Assembly (NCBI GenBank): GCA_033723415.1 | Contig: JAWVXD010000004.1 | Location: forward strand, 32,001-96,000 | Length of the DNA: 64,000 nucleotides | Reading direction: 5' to 3' | Source of the DNA: Sulfurospirillaceae bacterium | GTDB lineage: Bacteria; Campylobacterota; Campylobacteria; Campylobacterales; Sulfurospirillaceae | Shown here: piece by piece, positions 21,880 to 32,929 of the stretch | How the letters are laid out: each line of letters opens with the position of its first letter | Position numbering within the stretch: position 1 is the first letter of the stretch | The notes under the pieces: model-generated | The model's input: the letters and a program-made list of their open reading frames with translations, nothing else | What the model was told of the DNA's origin: nothing | The model's database searches: none | Made by a program: the position numbers and the translations under genes

Positions 21880-23679
21880 ATGACTAAAGGCATCAAAAAC
21901 AAGCTACGGATCAATACACATATGATAGTAGCTTGTTTTGCTTTTGTAACTGTTGCCTTTCACATATATCTTATCTTCACGGGTCTTATGCCGAATCTGG
22001 TCAGCAGACCTATGCACCTTGCTCTGGTTTTACCTTGGGTGTTTTTGTTTAGAAAAGATGACAATATCTCAAAATTCACCAAATACTTTGGCTATGTTTT
22101 GTTGGCGGCGGCACTTTTTTCTTCTTTTTATATTTTATTGAATCACGCAGATCTCGAAGACCAATACGGCTCACTAGATGGACCTCTTCAATATTTTGTT
22201 GCGGTTACTCTGATAATAAGCGTTCTAGAGATGGCACGAAGAGCCATCAAACTTGCGCTTCCGCTCACTGCGATTATCGCTTTGGCTTATGGTTTGTTTG
22301 GGCATCTGATACCTGGTAACTTTGGTCACCAAAAAATACCGCTTGACAGCTTTCTCGGAACTCTGGTCATAGCGGAGGGAGGGATATACGGCAGTCTGAC
22401 CGGAATCTCGGTCAACGTTATCGCAGTATTTGTTATCTTGGGAGCATTTGTCGGAGTCGGAGAAGGAGGCAATGCCTTTATGGCACTCTCAACAAAACTT
22501 GCAGGAAAACTGCGAGGCGGAGCTGCTAAAGTTTCGATTTTGGCTTCTGCTTTTTTTGGCTCTATCTCCGGTTCCGCTTCGGCAAATGTTGCATCAACAG
22601 GAGCTTTCACTATCCCGACAATGAAAAGGTTGAACTATCCTCCATCTCTTGCAGCTGCCGTTGAAGCGGTAGCTAGCACAGGCGGACAGATCATGCCTCC
22701 ACTCATGGGAGCCGGAGCCTTTATCATGGCTGAGCTTCTTGGGGTAAAATACTCAGTTATTATGGCTGCAGCAATTTTCCCTGCACTTTTATTTTTTCTT
22801 ACTGTTTGGATCGGTATAGATATATTTGCTAAAAAATACAAACTAGAAGCAATGAAAGATGAAGAGATACCTACTTTAAGATTAGTTTTACAACTGGCTC
22901 CATTTTTCCTTATACCGTTCTCAGCTCTTTTGATCGAACTTTTAGTCATGAATAAAACCCCACAATATTCTGCAGCCATTGCGATCTTTATAACAATTTT
23001 CCTGCTTTTAGTTGATAGGAGCTGGAATGTCTCATTCAAAAACTGGTCGTTAAAATTTGTTCAAGGCTGTATCGAAGCTTCCAAGCAGATATCAGTGATC
23101 GCTTCGGTCATTATATGTGCAAGCATCATCATCGGAGTTTTAAACATAACCGGAGTGGGAGTAAAGATTACTTCTGAAATTCTGTTTTTATCCGGTGGAC
23201 AGCTCTGGCTTGCTCTCATCTTAACGGCTCTGGCCTGTTTAATACTCGGCATGGAAGTCCCGACAACAGCTGCATATATAATCTGTGTTTCGGTCGCAGG
23301 ACCAATTTTAGAGCAATATGGCCTATCACCGCTGCAAACTCATCTTTTTATCTTCTGGTTTGCACTTTTATCTACTATAACACCGCCGGTTTGCGGCACT
23401 GTGTTTATAGCTGCCGGAATAGCGCAAACAAATTGGCTACAGGTAGCTTCAAAAGCTATGCGTCTTGGAGTCGGTTTATATCTTATACCAATAGCATTTA
23501 TAGTCAATAAGCATCTCATATACCCTGAACAAAATTTGCTTTTGGCCGGCTTGGACTTTATCAAGATCACAATAGGATTAATCTTTATATCATCAGGTTT
23601 GGTCAACGAAACAAGATCAAAGATCATAAGATTTTTCATATTTCTAATCGGTCTATCCATAATCTTACTTCCTCTTTAA
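21880..23679 (+). CDS. TRAP transporter fused 4TM/12TM permease
   Basis: GSISGSASANV, ASTGGQIMPPLMGAGAF, ITPPV. Confidence 0.93.
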   Translation: MTKGIKNKLRINTHMIVACFAFVTVAFHIYLIFTGLMPNLVSRPMHLALVLPWVFLFRKDDNISKFTKYFGYVLLAAALFSSFYILLNHADLEDQYGSLDGPLQYFVAVTLIISVLEMARRAIKLALPLTAIIALAYGLFGHLIPGNFGHQKIPLDSFLGTLVIAEGGIYGSLTGISVNVIAVFVILGAFVGVGEGGNAFMALSTKLAGKLRGGAAKVSILASAFFGSISGSASANVASTGAFTIPTMKRLNYPPSLAAAVEAVASTGGQIMPPLMGAGAFIMAELLGVKYSVIMAAAIFPALLFFLTVWIGIDIFAKKYKLEAMKDEEIPTLRLVLQLAPFFLIPFSALLIELLVMNKTPQYSAAIAIFITIFLLLVDRSWNVSFKNWSLKFVQGCIEASKQISVIASVIICASIIIGVLNITGVGVKITSEILFLSGGQLWLALILTALACLILGMEVPTTAAYIICVSVAGPILEQYGLSPLQTHLFIFWFALLSTITPPVCGTVFIAAGIAQTNWLQVASKAMRLGVGLYLIPIAFIVNKHLIYPEQNLLLAGLDFIKITIGLIFISSGLVNETRSKIIRFFIFLIGLSIILLPL

Positions 23680-23742
23680 CAAATAAGTTCAATTTTAGTG
23701 ATATAATAGTTACTTGTTTCAATATTACACAAGGAGACTATC

Positions 23743-24480
23743 ATGAAAGGGTTCTTGAGTTTTTTATTTTTATTGGCTTGCACTTCCAGCATCAGTGCAA
23801 TGGGAAAATTTGTAACATATAACGTAGATGACAAAGAGTATGAGGGTTATTATATAACGCCTTCAAAAAATGCACCATTAGTCATCATCATACATGACTG
23901 GGATGGCTTAAACGATTATGAGATAAAAAGAGCAAAAATGTTAAATGATTTGGGATATGCTGCATTTGCAATAGATCTTTACGGTAAAGGGGTCAAGCCA
24001 AAAACAGTAGAAGAGAAGAAAAATCTTACAGGTGCTCTTTATAAAGATAGAGCAAAGATGCGTAAACTGCTAGCAGCAGGATATCAAGCAGCAAAAGGGC
24101 AAGGTGCCAATGTAGATAATGCTGTAGGTATCGGTTACTGTTTTGGTGGAGCAGCCCTGTTAGAGATGGCTAGAATGGGGATAGATCTAAAAGGCTTTGC
24201 AAGTTTTCACGGAGGTCTGGATACTCCAAAAGGTGAAAATTACGACAAGACCAAAGGCAAGATCATCATATTTCATGGCGGAGCCGATACAAATGTGGGG
24301 ATGGAATCTTTTGTTAATCTGCAAAAAGAGTTAGAAAAAACAAAGCTGGATTATGAGATGATCGTTTATAGCCATGCAGTTCACGCGTTTACGGTATTTG
24401 ATACGGATAGATACAATGAAAAAGCAGACAAAAAATCTTGGACTAGATTTATCGAATTTTTAAAAGAGACTCTCAATTAA
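23743..24480 (+). CDS. Dienelactone hydrolase family protein (exported)
   Basis: GYCFGG nucleophile elbow, HGGAD, HAFT. Confidence 0.9.
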   Translation: MKGFLSFLFLLACTSSISAMGKFVTYNVDDKEYEGYYITPSKNAPLVIIIHDWDGLNDYEIKRAKMLNDLGYAAFAIDLYGKGVKPKTVEEKKNLTGALYKDRAKMRKLLAAGYQAAKGQGANVDNAVGIGYCFGGAALLEMARMGIDLKGFASFHGGLDTPKGENYDKTKGKIIIFHGGADTNVGMESFVNLQKELEKTKLDYEMIVYSHAVHAFTVFDTDRYNEKADKKSWTRFIEFLKETLN

Positions 24481-24485
24481 CCTCA

Positions 24486-26150
24486 TCAGGTTGTAAAATT
24501 ATTGAGTTTCTCATTTAAGTCTTTGGCAGATTTAAATAGATTTTGATTGATCTGTATTAATTCTGCCATTCCTTCATCATTGTCTTTTGTAATTTTATTG
24601 AGCAGGTCGATCTGCTTGAGTATATTACCGTTAAAAGTCAATATGTCATGAGAGTTATTCACGCTTTGTTTCGTCAATAAATTTGTTCGCTCTATAGATT
24701 CTACGCTTTGATTGATATTGTTTTCAACATTTTTTGATATTTGAGATAGATTTTCTATATTTTTAGTATTATTATGCATTTGATCGCCTACTTGACTCAC
24801 AGATTGAGAAATGATGTTGATCGTAACATCTATCTCGGACAAACTTTTTTGTGTTCGATCAGCCAATTTTCTTACCTCATCGGCAACAACGGCAAACCCC
24901 CTTCCGTGTTCTCCTGCACGAGCGGCTTCAATTGCTGCATTTAAGGCGAGTAAATTTGTCTGATCGGCTATGTCTGCGATAATGGTCAGTATATTTTTTA
25001 TCTGTTGTGTTTGTGAAGTAAGCTGATTTAATTTTGCGTTTAATTCACTCTCCAATTCGACACTGTGATCTACACCCTCGATAAGATGGACAATATATTC
25101 TCTTGCATCTAAAAGTTTTGCATTGGTTTCTTGCATATTTGTTTGTGTTTGGTCAAAATTTTTTGAAGTCGTCTCTATGATATCTTGTATGGCGTGAATC
25201 TGTTCTTTGGTTTTCTTGGCTATTTTAAATTCGTCATTTACATGATCTTTTATATTGGTGACTATCTCATTCATCTTTTGTGCATTATTTTGATTTACGC
25301 TTGAGACTTTTTTTGTTTCTAAAACGGTAGTTCTTAGTTTTGATATAAATTGGTTTAGACTTTGAGCCATGACTCCAGTCTCATCACGATTTGCCACGTA
25401 GATTACTTTCGTTAGGTTATTATGTTCCTTAGAAACGATATCTGTCATACTTAAAACCGAGGAAGTTGTTTGTTTTATTATAAGATATATATTTATACCT
25501 GAAATTATTAATCCTACAATACCTACAGTTATGTTTTTCACGACTACTTCACTGATTGATATATCCGAGTTTAAAAGCGACATTGCGATGCTAAAGAGCA
25601 TGATCAACGTAATATTTCCGAGAATCGTACTAAAGATAGATAAAATCATCTTTTTCCCAAAAGACAGAAACGGATATCTTGCAGACAATTCAATTTTTTC
25701 TGTCCATTTTTCCAAGTCATTTACAAAAATTATAAACACCGGTATAACAAACAATAAGATCAAAGGAATAGTAAAAAACTGTGCCAATAAAAATTTTTCA
25801 GTCGTAACAAAATCAAAGTTCACGATCACGCATAAAGGACCAAGTGTGCTATACAAAAATTCTACTAAAATGAACAATATGGGAAGATTGGAGATAGTCT
25901 TGTTGATATCATCTGATGATTTTATATGCTCTACAGCGTATTCAATGCTTTTAAATTTTTGATTGAAGAAATACACGGCGCCTGAAGTAACAACTAAAAC
26001 ATAAATTATCATTTGTATAGATGTCACAATAGTAATAATCTGCTCGATGCTAAATACATTTGAATAATAAACTATTAAAACCCAAGCAAAAGGAGGAATC
26101 ATAAATCCACTAATCAATAACAGTAAAAACTTTACACGAAACTTCATCAT
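24486..26150 (-). CDS. Methyl-accepting chemotaxis protein
   Basis: [37 protein letters not shown] signalling hairpin; multi-TM N-terminus. Confidence 0.95.
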   Translation of the reverse strand: MMKFRVKFLLLLISGFMIPPFAWVLIVYYSNVFSIEQIITIVTSIQMIIYVLVVTSGAVYFFNQKFKSIEYAVEHIKSSDDINKTISNLPILFILVEFLYSTLGPLCVIVNFDFVTTEKFLLAQFFTIPLILLFVIPVFIIFVNDLEKWTEKIELSARYPFLSFGKKMILSIFSTILGNITLIMLFSIAMSLLNSDISISEVVVKNITVGIVGLIISGINIYLIIKQTTSSVLSMTDIVSKEHNNLTKVIYVANRDETGVMAQSLNQFISKLRTTVLETKKVSSVNQNNAQKMNEIVTNIKDHVNDEFKIAKKTKEQIHAIQDIIETTSKNFDQTQTNMQETNAKLLDAREYIVHLIEGVDHSVELESELNAKLNQLTSQTQQIKNILTIIADIADQTNLLALNAAIEAARAGEHGRGFAVVADEVRKLADRTQKSLSEIDVTINIISQSVSQVGDQMHNNTKNIENLSQISKNVENNINQSVESIERTNLLTKQSVNNSHDILTFNGNILKQIDLLNKITKDNDEGMAELIQINQNLFKSAKDLNEKLNNFTT

Positions 26151-26189
26151 CTACCCGATATTTTACGATTTCCCTATCAAAATATTTTT

Positions 26190-27266
26190 CTACTCAATAT
26201 ACAATTTTTTAATATTTTGAATGTTTGAGCTCATATTTAAAAGAAGCATATCGACCATTACGATCGCCGCCATCGCTTCTGCTACCACACTGCCTCTTAT
26301 TGCGATACAAGGGTCATGTCTACCCTTAAGAGAGCAGATTTGTTCTTCGCCTTGGATATCTACGGTTTTTTGATCTAAAAAGATCGAGGGTGTCGGTTTA
26401 AAATAGATCTTGACATTGATATCATCACCGTTTGAAATTCCACCAAGAATGCCACCGCTTCTGTTGCTTAAAAAGCCTTCTTTTGACATTTCATCATTAT
26501 TGACAGATCCCACCGCACCTGATGATTCTATGCCATCTCCGATTTCGACGGCTTTAACGCCGTTGATGCTCATCATGGCAGAAGCCAAAGTAGAATCCAG
26601 TTTATAATAAATAGGCTCACCCAATCCTGCAGGAGCATTTTTTATGTTTACGAGAGCGACACCGCCTACCGAGTCATGTGAGTTTTTAGCCTTAAGAATG
26701 ATGTTTTTCCACTCATCTTCTTTGTCAGCATTTAGTGCAAATATCTCACTATTCTTGGCAAAGGAAAAATCATATTTATCTGTTGTCACTCCACCGATAG
26801 AGCAGATACCGCTACTCACCTCTATGCCTAACTCTCGCAGAATAAGTTTTGCAACTGCACCTGCAGCTACTCTTGAAGCTGTTTCTCTCGCACTGCTTCG
26901 TCCTCCGCCTCTATAGTCTCTGATACCGTATTTTTTATAGTACGTAAAATCCGCATGACTTGGACGAAATAGATCTTTTACATTTGTATAATCTTTACTT
27001 TTTTGATCTTCGTTGTAAATGATCAACTCGATTGGAGTTCCAGTACTCTTTCCTTCAAAAATTCCGCTTATAATCTCAACTTTGTCGCCTTCTTTTCTCT
27101 GTGTAGAAAATTTGTTTGATCCTGGTTTGCGCTTATCTAGTTCGCCTTGTATAAAATCCATATCAATATCAATACCGGCAGGCATGCCATCTATCAAACA
27201 CCCTATAGCCTTTCCATGTGATTCACCGAAGGTGCTAAATGAAAATCGTATACCAAATTTATTCAT
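26190..27266 (-). CDS. aroC: Chorismate synthase
   Basis: GESHG, RPSHAD, GGGRSSARET, FKPTPSI, GRHDPC. Confidence 0.98.
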   Translation of the reverse strand: MNKFGIRFSFSTFGESHGKAIGCLIDGMPAGIDIDMDFIQGELDKRKPGSNKFSTQRKEGDKVEIISGIFEGKSTGTPIELIIYNEDQKSKDYTNVKDLFRPSHADFTYYKKYGIRDYRGGGRSSARETASRVAAGAVAKLILRELGIEVSSGICSIGGVTTDKYDFSFAKNSEIFALNADKEDEWKNIILKAKNSHDSVGGVALVNIKNAPAGLGEPIYYKLDSTLASAMMSINGVKAVEIGDGIESSGAVGSVNNDEMSKEGFLSNRSGGILGGISNGDDINVKIYFKPTPSIFLDQKTVDIQGEEQICSLKGRHDPCIAIRGSVVAEAMAAIVMVDMLLLNMSSNIQNIKKLYIE

Positions 27267-27299
27267 ATTAACTGTCTCCTTTTTGCCGTATACAAAATT

Positions 27300-27989
27300 T
27301 CATATGGCTTCTTTTCTGAGTATTTCCAATGCCAACTCTGCCGAAGCTTGTTGTGCCCATTTTTTACTTTTCCCTTTTGCTCTTGAGATTTCTTTACCCT
27401 GAACGATAACAGCCATCTCAAACTCTTTTTTATGATCCGGTCCATATGAATGAATGAGTCTGTATTCGGGTGTTTCACCAAATTTGGCTTGTGTAAATTC
27501 TTGTAAAGTAGTTTTATAATCTCTAAAAACGGCTTCCATATCAATTTTCGGATATGCCTCATTTAGCAACTCAATTGATATCTCTTTCGCCTTTTCCAAA
27601 CCTGCTTCAAGATAGAGTGCTCCGATCAGTGCTTCAAAAGCATTTGAGAGAAGAGATGATTTTTCTCTTCCTTTATTGTTCTCTTCAGCCAATGAAATAT
27701 ATATATGTTCCCCGAGATTTAGTATCTCTGCCAGTTTTTGAAAACTTTTTTCATTGACCAAGGATGCTCTAAGTTTTGAGAGTTCTCCCTCTGCAACTTT
27801 TGGGAATTTGTGGAATAAGAATTCACCTATGATTAGATCCAAAACAGCATCGCCTAAAAATTCCAATCTTTCATTGTTATATGACTGTTTATAGCTTTTA
27901 TGAGTAAGTGCCTTGATTATCAGATTCTCATCTTTAAACTGATAACCCAAACGCTTTTGCAATATTTTCAATTTCCGATGCACTAACAT
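27300..27989 (-). CDS. rnc: Ribonuclease III
   Basis: [12 protein letters not shown] signature; C-terminal dsRBD. Confidence 0.98.
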   Translation of the reverse strand: MLVHRKLKILQKRLGYQFKDENLIIKALTHKSYKQSYNNERLEFLGDAVLDLIIGEFLFHKFPKVAEGELSKLRASLVNEKSFQKLAEILNLGEHIYISLAEENNKGREKSSLLSNAFEALIGALYLEAGLEKAKEISIELLNEAYPKIDMEAVFRDYKTTLQEFTQAKFGETPEYRLIHSYGPDHKKEFEMAVIVQGKEISRAKGKSKKWAQQASAELALEILRKEAI

Positions 27990-28015
27990 ATACCTCCTCT
28001 TTCCAAATTAATCCC

Positions 28016-28438
28016 TCACCTTAATCCCTCTGCTTCTTCTTTGGCAATCAAATCACATTTTTCATTTTCCGGATGTCCGTCATGCCCTTTGACCCATTTT
28101 GCCGTTATTTTATGTACTTTTGAAACTTCAACATACTCTTTCCATAAATCAGGATTTTTTATTTTCTTAAAGTCTCTTTTCTTCCAATTTTCCAACCATT
28201 CGTTAATCCCCTTAACTACATATGTAGAATCACTGGTAATCTCAACTTCACAGGGACTTTTCAATGCTTTCAGCCCTTCTATGACGGCTTTTAGCTCCAT
28301 TTGGTTGTTTGTAGCTAATTTTTGTCCTCCTTTGATAATCTTTTCATGATCGTTAAATCTCAAGATAGCACAATAACCTCCCTCCCCCGGATTTCCAAGA
28401 GAAGATCCATCAGAGAAAAGATATATTTTCTTCATCAT
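28016..28438 (-). CDS. rnhA: Ribonuclease HI
   Basis: DGSSLGNPG, TNNQMEL, WVKGH, NEKCD. Confidence 0.97.
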   Translation of the reverse strand: MMKKIYLFSDGSSLGNPGEGGYCAILRFNDHEKIIKGGQKLATNNQMELKAVIEGLKALKSPCEVEITSDSTYVVKGINEWLENWKKRDFKKIKNPDLWKEYVEVSKVHKITAKWVKGHDGHPENEKCDLIAKEEAEGLR

Positions 28439-29453
28439 TTGCCTTAATTATTGAACTTTGTATCTTTGCCGTTGCTATTGATTGGCAATTTGGACATCTG
28501 TAAAAATAGATAGGGAACACATTTTTACATTCAATGCACATGTAGTGAAAACTAAGATCCGCTTTTACTACTTTGTCTTTTTGTAAAATACCTAAAACTT
28601 CTAATTCAAAAGATGGATTTTCAGATTTTTTAAATTCGATAAAACCTTTTGCCATAGCGATTTGCTGCAACATATCATCATCATATTGGGAGAGATCGAT
28701 CCATTTTTGATCTGCATTCCAAAGTAAATCTATAAGATTTTTATATTCAAATTTTTGAAAATCCTCATCTGCAATTTTTATATTGTTCTGCTGTAAAAAC
28801 TCAAAATATTTTCTTTGTAAAAAATCTTCTTTTTCAGAAAGCTTTTTTAATTTATTTGCTTTTTGAACATTACTGAGTTTGGAATCACCATTGACCTGCA
28901 AAGACAATATATAACTTCTTTGTTTGCTTACTTTTGCTCCTAATTCTTCAAGAGCATCTAAGACTTCTATGGCTTTTTTGTATTCTTTTAATTTTTCATA
29001 TACTACGGTTAAATATTTCAGAGATTCTTCATTTCTTGGATGTAGTCTGAGAGACTCTAAAAACACTTCTGCACTTCTGCTTAAGAAGCCTGCCTTAAAA
29101 TAAGTCTTACCGAGTACTGAGAGTATATACTGTTTTTTATCTCTGTCTTTGACTCTTTTTAGTGCGACAAGATAGATATTTATAGATTTTTCATAATCTC
29201 CGCCTTTACCGTAGGCATCGGCTAAAAGTGCCAACGATTCCACAGGAATCGCAGAATCCTGCAAAAGTTTTTTGTACTCTTTTTCGTCACTTATAATTTC
29301 GAACTTTTTAACAAATTTTTCTATACTGTCTTTTTCTTCTTTACTCTTAAAGACTCCCCACCAGTAATTTGCAAACGAGATGATAAAAACGATAGAAAAA
29401 AGTATGATTATCCCAAACATAGGATCTCTGTATTCAATGAAAAAACTGTTCAA
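28410..29453 (-). CDS. Membrane-anchored TPR protein with C-terminal rubredoxin-like Zn motif (LapB-like)
   Basis: N-terminal TM helix, TPR-like helices, CIEC...CPNC. Confidence 0.75.
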   Translation of the reverse strand: MNSFFIEYRDPMFGIIILFSIVFIISFANYWWGVFKSKEEKDSIEKFVKKFEIISDEKEYKKLLQDSAIPVESLALLADAYGKGGDYEKSINIYLVALKRVKDRDKKQYILSVLGKTYFKAGFLSRSAEVFLESLRLHPRNEESLKYLTVVYEKLKEYKKAIEVLDALEELGAKVSKQRSYILSLQVNGDSKLSNVQKANKLKKLSEKEDFLQRKYFEFLQQNNIKIADEDFQKFEYKNLIDLLWNADQKWIDLSQYDDDMLQQIAMAKGFIEFKKSENPSFELEVLGILQKDKVVKADLSFHYMCIECKNVFPIYFYRCPNCQSIATAKIQSSIIKANDEENISFL

Positions 29454-29520
29454 GACAAAACCTTGCTTTTTTAAAATAGGACATTATACCAAATAAGTTT
29501 TTAAATGCTATAATTTGAGA

Positions 29521-31167
29521 ATGATAGATAACCAATCAATAGAAAATTTAAAACAAAGAATCGATATCGTAGAAGTTGTCGGCAATTATTTAGAGTTGAA
29601 AAAAAACGGTGCAAACTACAAATGTGTGTGCCCTTTTCATAATGATTCTAACCCTAGTTTAGTAGTCAGTCCATCAAAACAAATTTATCATTGTTTTAGC
29701 TGTCAAGCAGGTGGTGATGCTATAAAATTTGTTATAGAATATGAAAAGATCAACTACCCTGAAGCAATAGAAAAATTAGCCAATATGTACAATTTTTCGC
29801 TCACATATACGAATGAGGGCAAAAAAACAGAAGACAGTAAGCTTATGGAAAACCTTACTGTGTTTTTTAGACAAAATCTTGATAAGAATAGTTTTGCAAA
29901 AGATTACTTATACGGCAGAGGCATAAAAGAATCGACAATCGAAAAATTTGAATTAGGCTTTGCCGGAAGCTCTTTTGAAACACTGAATTTTTTAAAAAAT
30001 TACGGACACAGTATAGATGAGGCAAAAGAGTACGGAGTAGCCGATTTTTCACAAAACGGGGGAAATCCATACTGCAGATTCGTGGATAGGATAATATTTC
30101 CGATAAGATCAAAAAATGGGAAATTTGTAGGATTTGGAGGTCGTACCATAACCAATCATCCTGCAAAATACATCAATTCTCCACAAACAAAATATTTTAA
30201 CAAATCAAGACTTCTATATGGTTATTATTTTGCAAAAGACAGTATCTTTAAAAACAAAAAGATCATCATAACAGAGGGCTATTTAGACGTCGTCATGTTG
30301 CATCAAGCAGGCTTTGAAAATGCAGTAGCCACGCTTGGAACGGCTCTCACTGAAGAGCATCTTCCACTTATCTCAAAACTGGAACCTGAGATCATTTTGG
30401 CATATGATGGAGATGAAGCAGGGATAAACGCTGCTCTGAAAGCATCTATATTATTGAGTCGCCACTCTTTCAAGGGAGGAGTGATACTATTTGGTGAAGG
30501 CTTGGACCCTGCCGATATGGTTAAAAATGGACAATCGGATAAACTCAACAGACTATTTTCACAAGCTCAGCCTTTTGTTGAATTCGCAATAGAGAGGATC
30601 ATAAAAAAATATAATCTAAATGATGCCTTAGAAAAAGAAAAAGCCCTCAATGAAGGAACAAGCTATCTTCAAACTCTTCCTCAGTCGCTTCAAGAAAGTT
30701 TCAAAGGAAAATTAAGTGGAGCTTTAAACCTACCGGCACACTTAGTAAAGATAAAAAGAAGCAAAACCGTAAAACAAAACAAAGAGTCTTTTGAAGATTT
30801 TTTAGAATTGACTATCATCAAGACCATACTTCACAAGCCTTCTCTGATAGACACTATATTAGACACTATAGATATAGTGATGTTTAAGACACACAATATA
30901 GAGTTTAAACTTCTCTTGGAAAATAATCTAGAAGATCCAAAATTGAGAAGAATCGAGCTTTGGGATGATATAAAAATTTATGAAGAAAAAGATCTTTTTT
31001 CTGCTATGATTACGTTTTTGATTCGATTTTACAATGAGAAACTGCAAAATGTCAAAAGAGACAACCTCTTAAACTATCAAGAAAAACAGTTTCATATAAG
31101 ATCAATTCAAGAAAAAATATTTAAATTAAAAAAAGGCGAATTAGTCGCGTATGAAGAGGATTTTTGA
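29521..31167 (+). CDS. dnaG: DNA primase
   Basis: CPFH/CFSC Zn finger, KYINSP, TEGYLDV, YDGDEAG, DPAD Toprim motifs. Confidence 0.98.
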   Translation: MIDNQSIENLKQRIDIVEVVGNYLELKKNGANYKCVCPFHNDSNPSLVVSPSKQIYHCFSCQAGGDAIKFVIEYEKINYPEAIEKLANMYNFSLTYTNEGKKTEDSKLMENLTVFFRQNLDKNSFAKDYLYGRGIKESTIEKFELGFAGSSFETLNFLKNYGHSIDEAKEYGVADFSQNGGNPYCRFVDRIIFPIRSKNGKFVGFGGRTITNHPAKYINSPQTKYFNKSRLLYGYYFAKDSIFKNKKIIITEGYLDVVMLHQAGFENAVATLGTALTEEHLPLISKLEPEIILAYDGDEAGINAALKASILLSRHSFKGGVILFGEGLDPADMVKNGQSDKLNRLFSQAQPFVEFAIERIIKKYNLNDALEKEKALNEGTSYLQTLPQSLQESFKGKLSGALNLPAHLVKIKRSKTVKQNKESFEDFLELTIIKTILHKPSLIDTILDTIDIVMFKTHNIEFKLLLENNLEDPKLRRIELWDDIKIYEEKDLFSAMITFLIRFYNEKLQNVKRDNLLNYQEKQFHIRSIQEKIFKLKKGELVAYEEDF

Positions 31168-31170
31168 GAT

Positions 31171-32151
31171 ATGAGATGTTTGGCACTTTTTAGCGGCGGA
31201 TTAGACAGCATGCTTTCGATCAAATTAATGACCATGCAAGGTATCGAAGTCATAGCATTAAATATGAACATAGGATTTGGTTCAAAAACAGATATTAGCG
31301 AAACCATGAGAAGAAGAGCAGCGATCGCAGGAGCAGATTTTAGAGTAATTGACGTCAGAGAAAATTACATAAAAGATGTACTTTTTAGCCCTAAATACGG
31401 TTACGGCAAAAATTTCAATCCCTGCATCGACTGCCATGGTTTTATGTTCAGGACTGCAAAAAGTTTATTAAAAGAATATGACGCATCATTTTTAATAACA
31501 GGCGAAGTATTGGGTCAGCGACCTATGAGCCAAAGAGCAAATGCTATAAAATCCGTAACAAAACTTTCAGGCGATGAAGAGAACTTGATACTTAGACCCT
31601 TATGTGCAAAATTGATGCAACCTACCAAACCGGAACTTGAAGGGTGGGTTGATAGAGAAAAGCTTTATGGCATAAGCGGACGTAGCAGAGACACTCAGCT
31701 TGCACTGGCTCAAAGTTTCGGCTGGGATGATTTTGAAAAACCTGGCGGAGGTTGTTTGCTTACTGACGTAAACTTCACCAAGAAAATGAGAGATTTTATA
31801 AAATTTGATAATTTAGAAGTTGACGATATCAATGTTTTAAAAAACGGCAGACAGTTAAGATTGCCTGAGGATTCAAAACTTATCATAGGCAGAGATGAAG
31901 CAGAAAACGAGAGAATTGAAAAAATAAAAACCGATAAATATCTGTTTATAAAAGCAAAAGATATACCTGGTCCTTCAGCACTTCTAAGAGCTACTGCTTC
32001 AGAAAATGACAAAAAATTAGCCCGTGAAATCGTACTTAGCTTTTCAAAAACAGATAAAAACAAAAAATATGATATAATTTGCGGCGAAAATTTATACCAA
32101 GAGTCTCCTCATGAGGATAAAGAGTCTGTGTATAAGTACTTTGTAAATTGA
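31171..32151 (+). CDS. PP-loop ATPase, tRNA thiolation-related (ThiI/MnmA-like, DUF814-type C-terminus)
   Basis: SGGLDS PP-loop, NPCIDC, TGEVLGQRPMSQ, PGGGCLLT. Confidence 0.8.
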   Translation: MRCLALFSGGLDSMLSIKLMTMQGIEVIALNMNIGFGSKTDISETMRRRAAIAGADFRVIDVRENYIKDVLFSPKYGYGKNFNPCIDCHGFMFRTAKSLLKEYDASFLITGEVLGQRPMSQRANAIKSVTKLSGDEENLILRPLCAKLMQPTKPELEGWVDREKLYGISGRSRDTQLALAQSFGWDDFEKPGGGCLLTDVNFTKKMRDFIKFDNLEVDDINVLKNGRQLRLPEDSKLIIGRDEAENERIEKIKTDKYLFIKAKDIPGPSALLRATASENDKKLAREIVLSFSKTDKNKKYDIICGENLYQESPHEDKESVYKYFVN

Positions 32152-32152
32152 T

Positions 32153-32228
32153 GGGGTATTAGCTCAGCTGGGAGAGCACGACGCTGGCAGCGTCGGGGTC
32201 AGCGGTTCGAACCCGCTATACTCCACCA
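32153..32228 (+). tRNA. tRNA-Ala(GGC)
   Basis: 76-nt cloverleaf, anticodon arm CGACG-CTGGCAG-CGTCG, GGTTCGAAC, G3-U70, encoded CCA. Confidence 0.97.
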
Positions 32229-32344
32229 TACTTAATTTTACGGTTTCTAACAAAAACTTCTTATTTTTGATAAAGCGATCTTCAAACTCTTTTTGTTTTT
32301 ACAATAAAGATTAGAATATAAAAAATTTACGTATAGGAAATATT

Positions 32345-32911
32345 ATGAATGTAAAAGAAAAACTTATTGCAAGAAGTAACTCAAGTTGTGAGTTATGCGG
32401 TGAAAAGTCTGATCTAAGCGTATATGAGGTACCACCAAGTGATGGCAGTGCAGAACAATCTATATTGGTATGTTCTACGTGCAAAGGACAGATCGAAAAT
32501 CCTGAGTCAATAGATGCAAATCATTGGCGTTGCCTAAATGAAAGTATGTGGAGCACCGTTCCCGTAGTTCAAGTCATGGCGTATCGAATGTTAAAGCGTA
32601 TAGCACATGAGGGCTGGCCGCAAGATTTGCTTGATATGCTTTATTTAGATGAAGAAATCCAAAAATGGGCTTTAGTTGACGAAAAAAGTGAAGATAAAAA
32701 CATCATCCATAAAGATTCAAACGGTGTTACTTTGCAAAATGGAGACACCGTGACAATTATAAAAGATTTAGATGTCAAAGGAGCAGGTTTCACTGCCAAA
32801 AGAGGAACGGCTGTTAGAAATATTTCATTGACATCCAATCCGGAGCAGATAGAAGGAAGAGTCAACGGAGTAAAAATTATTTTGCTTACCTGCTTTCTGA
32901 AAAAATCTTAA
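32345..32911 (+). CDS. PhnA-domain protein with N-terminal Zn-binding domain
   Basis: CELC...CSTC; C-terminal KDSNG...GDTV.IIKDLDVKG. Confidence 0.85.
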   Translation: MNVKEKLIARSNSSCELCGEKSDLSVYEVPPSDGSAEQSILVCSTCKGQIENPESIDANHWRCLNESMWSTVPVVQVMAYRMLKRIAHEGWPQDLLDMLYLDEEIQKWALVDEKSEDKNIIHKDSNGVTLQNGDTVTIIKDLDVKGAGFTAKRGTAVRNISLTSNPEQIEGRVNGVKIILLTCFLKKS

Positions 32912-32929
32912 TGCTTAAAAAGCATTAAG
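32907..32929. terminator. Hairpin at end of phnA-like gene
   Basis: CTTAATGCT-TAAAA-AGCATTAAG inverted repeat. Confidence 0.5.
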
